From Paramecium tetraurelia (taxonomy: Eukaryota), in NCBI GenBank assembly GCA_000165425.1, contig CT868230.1:372001-436000 (forward strand): 64,000 bases of DNA, given 5' to 3'. The position numbers and the translations under genes were made by a program. This document shows positions 55,340 to 64,000 of the stretch, in pieces; the stretch's first letter is position 1, and the number at the start of each line of letters is the position of its first letter. Under the pieces are notes generated by a model. The model made no database searches and was not told where the DNA came from. It was given only the letters and a program-made list of their open reading frames with translations.

Positions 55340-56161
55340 TGACTATATAAAAAAATCCATCTGGATTGAAAAAGGTTGACACTAATAATCTTATTGGAAA
55401 ATCCATATTTGCTATCTGACCTAATACATTGACTTTTAATCCATTGTAATTCAACTCTATAATAAAATATCATATAATACCTTCCTCTAAAATTGGGTAT
55501 AAGACATTTAAAAGAGCTTCTTTCACATCTTTCTAGACATGGGATCTTTAAATCATATTTCCATCAATAAATATTCTTATTGGATTACTTAGATAATATT
55601 CTTTTTATAGACTGCTTAGACACCAAATTTTGTGAAAATATTCATAAAATTGAGGATTGAAATTATGATCAGAATAAGTTTGGAACATTTTAAATTATTG
55701 TTCTATAGTGATAGTTTGAAAGATTTGTCTTTCCCATTTATCATCATACCTAATCATGCAAGATTATTAAAGATTCCAAAAATATCAATTCTTGGTATCA
55801 ACTTAGATGTTGTATGAAATAGGTAAAACATTTTCTGGTCTTTTTTTAAAATGAACACAAATTTCTACTTATTCATTAATTTTATCTATCTGAACAAAAA
55901 AGGAAGATGCCATTAAATTGGTTAATCATTATATGATAATCATAAAGAAGATTTCACTTTATTTGAAAATCTGATAAAATGGTTGAAAATTGATTCAAAA
56001 TAGAATCCAGGGTATTTGTTGTTATAAACAACGCAAACACAAAGTAAAATTTGTGATTTATCTTCAACATCCTAGATGATAAATGTTCCAAGAAAAGATT
56101 ATTCATTAATTTATTTGTGAATATCTTCTATATTAATTTCTTCTTATGCTTAATTATCCAT
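55340..56161 (-). pseudogene. ATG5: Autophagy protein 5 (ATG5) homologue, disrupted
   Basis: SSL*LSYNDQPIQWHLP (TGA at the conserved Trp), PIRIFI, and C-terminal FNPDGFFYIV; frameshifts downstream of WHLP. Confidence 0.7.
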
Positions 56162-56595
56162 TCTATAAAAATAATAATAATATTTATATTACTATTATTA
56201 GATAGCTTACTTAGTATCTTATCACAAACATTCATTTCTTTATGGGTAAAAATAAAAAAGATAAAAGCAAAACAAAAAAGGGAATTTTAAGCATCCTTAA
56301 TCAAATTTAAATAAGAGTTTCAAATTTTAAAGTGAATTAATTCATTTAATTAGTATAATTAGATAATAGCAGAAGATTTATAGTTGTTTTATAAAACCTT
56401 CTATTTTATGTTGTTGGATAAAGAACAAACTTAAAATTTGAGATGATTAAAATAAATATTGTTATGGTATTTGGAATTTTTGGACTAATCATTGTATAAT
56501 TCATTTTGAATATATATAGTATAATAAAAGTTTTGTATTCTATTGTTTATGAAAATTGGGTGAGAAATTAAATCTTTTTTTAAAATATAAAAAAA

Positions 56596-57279
56596 ATGGT
56601 TAAAAACTCAGCACAAGACCCATAAGATAATTCACTCTAAATGAAAGTAATTGAAATAAGCGCTATTGGTTTAGATCAGATAATATTTGGTTTCCGGAAG
56701 AAGACTTCCATCAAAGGAAGATCCAAATCCCAAAGTGATTAGTATGAGAATCTTTGCAAGAAACACAGTCGCTGCCAAAAGCAGATTCTGGTATAGCATG
56801 AGTTAATGGTTAGGTGGAATTTGAGAAGGTTGAATAAACTCAGACCATCACATGGATAGATCTTAGCAGTATAAGAATTATTTGAAAGAAGAGACACAAA
56901 CGTTAAAACATACGGAATTGTGCTTAAATACTAATCAAGAACAACCATTCACAATATGTACAAAGAATTTAGAGACACAACCTTAAATGGAGCAGTCTCT
57001 TAATTATGTAATAATATGAGCTGAACAATATTTTAGATCAAGAAATGGCTGGAAATCATAGAGCTTAACCATAAACAATTCACATTCTCAGAACAACAGT
57101 ATTAACAAAGAGTGCTGATATCAAGAGAGCAAAGACTAATTAATACAGAGTAAAATTTGAAAATTTAGTTTTAGGGTGACTCAATCAAATTCCCAATTGT
57201 CAAAACAGTTCCAAGAGCTAGTCACAAAAAGTTCAGAACAGTGTTCAAAGCCAAAAGACCCAACCTCTACAGATCATGA
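56596..57279 (+). CDS. RPL18A: 60S ribosomal protein L18a (eL20)
   Basis: [67 protein letters not shown]; four introns. Confidence 0.97.
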
Positions 57280-57493
57280 AAATGTTATTTTAGTACAATA
57301 ATCATCATATAATAATATTTAATATAATTCATAATTTAATTAAAATTGGCACCAATGCAATAAACTTTATATATTAATTTCTTAAATAATTTCTTTGATT
57401 GGGATTACTTAAAAAGTATATAATTTATACCATAAATCTATTAATAAATCATTATATCGAGGTTTTAATTAAACTAATCATTATAACTTTATA

Positions 57494-59162
57494 TCATTAT
57501 TTATCAATCAATTTTTTGAAATTAGGCAATTATTAGACAGGTTCATGATGATGGAGGATCTAAATTGATGTCGATACTGCCACTGAAGGGATTTTCATCA
57601 AATTTAAATAATTTAAAGTTTGAAGTGCACTAATTCTTTTTTCTGGATCTTTTTCTAACATTTATGAAACAAGAATTCTAAAGTCAGGATGTTTTATTTT
57701 GGACAATATTTAATTGCTTAAGTTAAAGTTCTTGTTATTTTCCTATATTAATTTTGAACTACTTCCAGGTATTAATTTTTACCCAGTCAACCTACAATTA
57801 TAAAAATGCTTACATTTAGTAGAGCATAACACCACAAGCAAAAATATCTACTTTTTCGGTTATTTTTTATTTGTAATCAAAAATTTCAGGTGCCATGTAT
57901 CCAGGAGTTCCAAATTTCATATCCTTTTCTTTTTCCAAATCCTCTATCCTTTTTGTAATTCCAAAGTCAATTATTTTTAATTGTGAAAATTAACCCAAAT
58001 CATTAAATACTATATTATCTGGTTTCATATCTCTATGTACAAATCCACTTTAGTGAATGTAATTAATTCCCTCCATAATTTACTAATGAGATTACAATAA
58101 GGATTATACTTGTATTATGACGTCTACCTCACGATTCTTCAATTTACAATACTTAAGACACTGATTTAATGAACCACCTTTTAGATATTCCATCACTATC
58201 GAATATTATTCTTCAGATTCATAGACTTCAATAAGCTTTACCAAATTTTTATGAGACAATTATTTCAGTGCTTCAACTTCATTTTGAAATAACTACAATA
58301 ATAATACATTATACTAATTAGGAATATTTTTTCAGTTTCTTCATCTCCTTACAAACAAAAATTTATTCATTCTCATTTCTCTATACTAATAGAATCTAAT
58401 TATTAAAGATATTTAATTACAGAACTTTATTGGGTGGCTTCTATTTTTTCCGTAATAGTAAAGAAAGAATCCATGCTTTTATACGCCACTTTTCTATCCA
58501 TATGTTCCTTAACTCTTAGTAATACATTCTAATCAGCATAAAAGAACTTCCATTTTCCCTTCCAACGCACTGCAAATGCTTCCAATTTTTGATTTTCTCT
58601 GTTTACTTTCCAATCGATTATAGTTTGTAAATTCATTGGGATCGCATACTTGATTTTTTAATTAGACTTAACTATTAACCAAAATATTACTTCCCCGATA
58701 TCTATGCTGTCTTGGTTAATGTATATAAAATAGCTTTTATCAAGTAAAAAGTGCTTTCTTATGCAATACATCAATTTGAATATTAATGAATTTGGAATAA
58801 AAAGATTCTCTCCACTATAAATAGCAAGACTTCTTAATACAGTTAGATCTTTAGTAGAGCCTATTATAGAATGAAAAACTAATCACTCTAAAAAATATAA
58901 CTAAAACTTTTAAAATGTATCCAATTTTTACTAGTCTTCTACTTCAATAAATGAAAAATACTTCTCAATTTTCATTGAGTACCCTGAAATGAGAGAATAA
59001 ACAAAGAGAAAGAATAAATTACATTTAAAAATACTTAAACCAAAAAATTCAATCTATAGACTTACATATTATAGCATTTTTCTTTTACTAATCTACTAAC
59101 GATATCTAATTGATGACAATTGTTGGCAATTGGAGAATAATTGTTAATGATTTTGACCTCAT
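57494..59162 (-). CDS. Ser/Thr protein kinase (CAMK-like) with N-terminal PH-like region
   Basis: VHRDMKPDN, IIDFG, FGTPGYMAPE, KVDIFACG, DPEKRISA; 5' exon structure uncertain. Confidence 0.88.
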
Positions 59163-59207
59163 TACTATTGATTAATTAATATTAAATATTATTATAGAAT
59201 TATACAC

Positions 59208-60756
59208 TCATACAAAGCTAACAAATTTATAAACTCAAGGGAATAATTCATCTTTTATAAATTTCTACATAAAGATTTCTGATTCCTCTCTTTTGTCCAA
59301 TGGCACCATATGACCTGCATTCCTTATTGTTAACAATGTAAGACCGTCCAAATCCAGAACATAACCAGCATTTTGATCTGGATCAACATCTCTCTAAGCA
59401 TGAACAAACCAAGGTCTCCAAGGTTTCAAAGTAGCCAAATCTTCATATTTATAAGGAAAGTAATACATAATTCCTTCTACAATTTATCAACCCAATACAT
59501 AGTTCCTGTTAAGGGGACAACTGCATCAACATCACCGCTGAATTTCAAAATTCTTATTTAATTCTTCAAGATCTTCTGATATAAATAGTAAGATCCTTTA
59601 GGATTCACATGATAATTGCCCAAAGTTCTTGAACAGACAGCCCATTAAGCAGATTATTGTCTGATTTTGAGGAGCTAACTTTAGGTAGGATTAATACATT
59701 TCTGACTTCGGCGGATCTCAAATGATGATATAATCCTTGAACATCAGCACAAGGAGGAATATCAGAATCTTCGTTTGGTGACCTCATACCACCAAATTTC
59801 TAACTCATCTTACTACCTTCTGGAGTGTAGGTGAAGCAATACCCATATATATTATAAGGATTGAATTTAATTTAATCTTATTCTTTTCCACTAACTTCAA
59901 CTTCTACTTTATCAGCCAATTCCTTGCACTATCCATCTTTGACTCCATAACAATCATTTTAGACTGTCAATATTTATTCATATAATTCCTCACTAATAAA
60001 ATTGTGTCTTCCGTAAAATTTGTAAACATGAATTTGGAATGGATCAGCGTCATCAGTGCATTCAGTTGGGTCTGTACAACCATTTCCTATTGCCAAACCT
60101 TATAAATTAATTCGGCTATCTGCAGCCAAACCAGCATTATAATCAATGATTTCATTAGCTAGAGTTGGGATGTAAATTCCAGCATAGCTTTCACCAGAAA
60201 TGAAGAATGGTAATTTTTTATATTCTGTGAATCTACTAAAAAAGTCAACCAAGGCATTAATGTTATATTTTGCTGTAGATTCGTCAGACTAGTCACCTTA
60301 AGGACCATATGAAAATCCTACTGTAATTGGAGATTCAATATAGAGCATATTGGCCTTAATTATAAGATAAGGAATTTTACAAAATTTGTCCAAGAAAACT
60401 GATTCATCTCAAATTCTGCAGTGCCTGCTTTAAATACAAAAGGACCATTCTCATTAAATGCACCTTGTAATGAAGAGCATCCTGGACCGCCATTCAGCCA
60501 AAGAATTACAGGTTTATTTAATGCATCAACTGGAGCTGGATAAAACATGTAATGAAACTAGGCTGTTCCTTCAGTATTTGCCTTAAGGTAACCTGAATAG
60601 CTAAAATATTAATTAAGAATCTTACACTTTTCCATCGTAGTTTATATTGAATAATCTATTCAACTCATTTTTATCGACTAAATCAGCTTCGTCGTCTAAT
60701 GCTTGGAGACAAAGAGATATGGAAAGAACGCTCAGAAATAGAACAAATTTATTCAT
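59208..60756 (-). CDS. Serine carboxypeptidase (peptidase S10) with signal peptide
   Basis: LWLNGGPGCSS, ENGPF, IESPITVGFSY, ISGESYAGIYIP, FSGDVDAVVP, TIRNAGHMVP. Confidence 0.95.
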
Positions 60757-60829
60757 TCTTTATTTTTAATATTATGTACTCATCGATGATTTAATTGCAT
60801 ATGTAATAATATTTATTAATATATTCGTA

Positions 60830-61696
60830 ATGGGAAATGGTACCATTTATTTATATTTAAAAGATGCTTTGAGCTCCTGCACAAAAAAATCGAAATCGTC
60901 CTTAACTTTGAGGGAATCCAATTTAACAATAAGGAGACAGTTCAATTAAACTACATGTTCGATCTTGTAGGGAGATATATTTGTTAGTGGATTAAATATA
61001 GGTATTACAATTGTCTATCGTAGTGAATTGTTCATATGAGCCTGCTGATTCGTTAATCGTTAAACAGTATTTTATTTAAAAAAATATCTAGAGATCAGAA
61101 TATCAAAAAGAAATAGAGGGATGAGATCAGAGCAAGTATATTCTTCCTTCTATCTAGTGCATGTAGGTGACGTTATTTTAACAGAAAGATAGAATCTTTA
61201 TCTACTTCATGCTAAATTACCGATGTATTCCGAGGTTAAAGATTTATAAAAAGTGTATTCAACTTATGAAAAATGGTATCTATGTATAGTTGATGTCTAG
61301 TTTGCAAGTTGCAGAAGAGAATATTTTGTCAGAAATCACTTTTACTGAATAAAATGCTTTAAATTTTACTATCCCAAAATAGTACAATGCAGAATGCTTA
61401 ATCAGAAGTATCATAAATCATATAAGTTTAAATCCTTAAACGAATTTAAAATAAATTAATTTTCTAAGTAACGATTATACTACAGTAAATTCAATCAAAT
61501 ATTGTCTTAGATCAACATTTTTAAACTAGAATTGGATAATATCTTGGAAGAAATGAAGGTACCCAATTTGGCAGAGAAAAATAGAAAAACATTTCTTGAG
61601 TTTTTAAACTCTACAAATTGTGAAGAAGCTCCATATTTCCTAAGTACTGGGTTAACAACAAGTTTTGTTCATCTGGCTGAGAAAAGCACAGAATGA
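60830..61696 (+). CDS. Degenerate macrodomain-like protein
   Basis: CSILQGDIFVSGLNIVNCS, VGDVILT...YLLHAKLPMY, VYSTYEKCLQVAEENILSEITF follow macro-fold order; five tiny introns. Confidence 0.6.
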
Positions 61697-62988
61697 AGTA
61701 AATTTATTTATACTATTTTCTATTTGTAAATTAATTGCAATTATTCAATTAACAGTAAATATAGATTCTCACCAGTTTTTCATTTAATTATTCCATAATT
61801 TAATTAAATGAAACTATGTGAACTAATGAAATTAAATATTAAATACTCTACATTTCAAATTGAAATATTTTGAACTCCTTCTTAAACAATTTCTGAACTA
61901 TTAACATACTCTAACTTACCATTTTTTTAGCTTAAACTCTAACTTTATTAAGAAATTCTTAAACCACTTTCTTTGATTCTGGGTTTCATATCTCTGCTTT
62001 ATTAATTACTACTCATCATGAAAAGTGATGATAAGTAATATGTTTCTTTAGAATTCAATTATCAATTAATACTCAGAAGCTCTATTATAATTTTAAATTA
62101 AAGTAGCTTGAGTAAATAACTTAATTTCAAATTTTATCATCAAATATGGGAGTTCTCTGTTGTTATACTCTTGATTAAACTTATTTATTATCATTCTTTA
62201 TCAAAAAGTTAGTCATTAAATGAGCAAAAATAATATATCATATTTTATTTTTAATTTCAATATATATTTTTAATAGTGGAAAAACAATTAAAGCAAATTA
62301 AAAGTTGATAACTTGAAATATAAATATTATTTGCCTCTAATATCAAAGAATGAAAATTTGTAATTACAAATAAATTTATAAATTATATTGAACTATATAT
62401 ATTTATGATAATATAATCAATTTTGTTAGAATTTGATGTTCATCCAACTTAATTTAACTGAAAGAATAATATTTCTTCATATTTTTAATATATATTTGAG
62501 GTAGGAATCTGCATATATTGAAAATCAAATATTTTAATGATGGAATATTCATTTCATTCCTCATTCGTTGTATTTAAAAAAATATTGAATATAAATGCGC
62601 ATCTAGTTAATTGAATTTATCTTCCTACGAAAATGTAACCATTTTGACAGAATCCTAAAAAGTGATAATGTTTGAAAATAATGAAATTTGTAAATCCTAC
62701 TATAAAAATAATGAATTACACTATTAATAGAAGTATTGAAAATTCACCTTTTATAAAATGCCAAGATTTCAGAGGAAGCTTCAAATATTCCCAAAATAAT
62801 TGAAGACTTGATTAAGTGTAATCTTTGGCTAATGCGAAACTTATCATTTGAATTGCCATTGCTTTATAATATCCTAAAGATTAAGGGTTTATAAATACAA
62901 ACAAATAGAAAGAGCATCGGTTCTCTTTATAATAAATTATTAAAAATATATAATAATAATAATTCTGATTATTAGATTAAAATTTAAA

Positions 62989-63894
62989 TCAAATAACAGA
63001 CAACTATAAAATTTTCAAGTGTTATATTTAGTAAGACAAATTCATAGATCGGTATTGAGGTTTCCTTTCATAAGGAGGATCTATAAACCATGGTGCTAAA
63101 GAATCCTGTGACATTTGATCAAAATCAATATTAGTTTCAGAAAGTTCATCTTCAAACTCATTGTGATTCCCATTTAGCATAGCTTGATATTCCTCTAGAC
63201 ATTTATTATAAAACTTTCTATACTGTTTCCAGCAATGGTGAATTAAATTTTCATTAATTTCTTAATTCAAGGGTTCTACCTCATAGAGCATTTTATTAAT
63301 TAAATTTGGTGCAATATATCGATGTTATTTAGTTTAATGTATTACAAAATTGGTAGTGGTGTCATTAGTTTAATAAAATTCAATATTTAGATCCTTTTTA
63401 GACTTTGATTCAAGTTTCATAGTCTTTTTGAGTTATTTCATTCCACTCAAAATTTATTGTATATTTCTAAAATCGACATTTTTTTCGTGAATGATTTTGC
63501 ATTAATATAAGTTATATTTCGATTATGGAGGCTTTATGTTGTATTCTAGAATTCAATTGTTATTTAAGATACTTTTAAATGCTTCGTCTTCAAGGAGGAT
63601 TCCATTTTTATTGCAATGTTTCAAATAATCATATATATCGTTGAAACCAAGTGACTCTAGATGCTTGATAAAGAGGAATTCATTTTGAATACAGCTTTTG
63701 TAAATAGGGTCTGAGAATAATTGATCATAGAGGGATTTATTTAATGGGCAATTTTTTCGTTTCCTCAAAATCCTTTCAGTAAGTCCATCAAGCGGTTTGT
63801 ACTATTATGAGTCCTCTACTAGTTCTTATTGAGAATCGGTGAGATCTATTATATTACCGGGAAAATTATAATCTTGCTTAAAAGCTTATTCCAT
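62989..63894 (-). CDS. Hypothetical protein
   Basis: MEQAFKQDYNFPGNIIDLTDSQ...; the internal TGA lies in a 27-nt intron (63546-63572). Confidence 0.65.
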
Positions 63895-64000
63895 TTATTT
63901 GAGTATTAAATAATTATTTTAATTGTATATACGTTTAAAATTATAATTCACTTCTAGTTTGATATTTATTAATTTATGTGAACAGGTTTGATTGTAACAG

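Overview
Gene-dense, very AT-rich ciliate macronuclear DNA, most consistent with Paramecium. TAA/TAG encode Gln (shown by ubiquitin, proteasome alpha and eL20), TGA is the only stop, and introns are about 21-29 nt GT...AG. The supplied standard-code ORF track therefore gives only fragments or antisense artefacts, so I re-translated by eye with code 6. About 40 protein genes are present, including CFAP47 (5' end), a TmcB-like PAS membrane protein, U2A', SAPS/PPP6R, an RCC1-repeat protein, two alpha/beta hydrolases, an importin-13/transportin-3-like gene, START, Myb, TBC, UBA52, TAF6, PSMA4, CAPZA, PIBF1, a TTP-like CCCH protein, uS5m, Amt, RPL18A, kinases/pseudokinases, an S10 carboxypeptidase and a degenerate macrodomain. 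Best hidden items: a well-formed two-hairpin box H/ACA snoRNA candidate between PIBF1 and CAPZA, and a series of disrupted genes (ATG5 and a RING gene with several lesions, uS5m with one in-frame TGA, the importin with one frameshift). I found no convincing wholly new multi-gene system. Family calls are from remembered motifs, not database searches. CDS coordinates span ATG to stop including introns, and boundaries may be off by a few bases.
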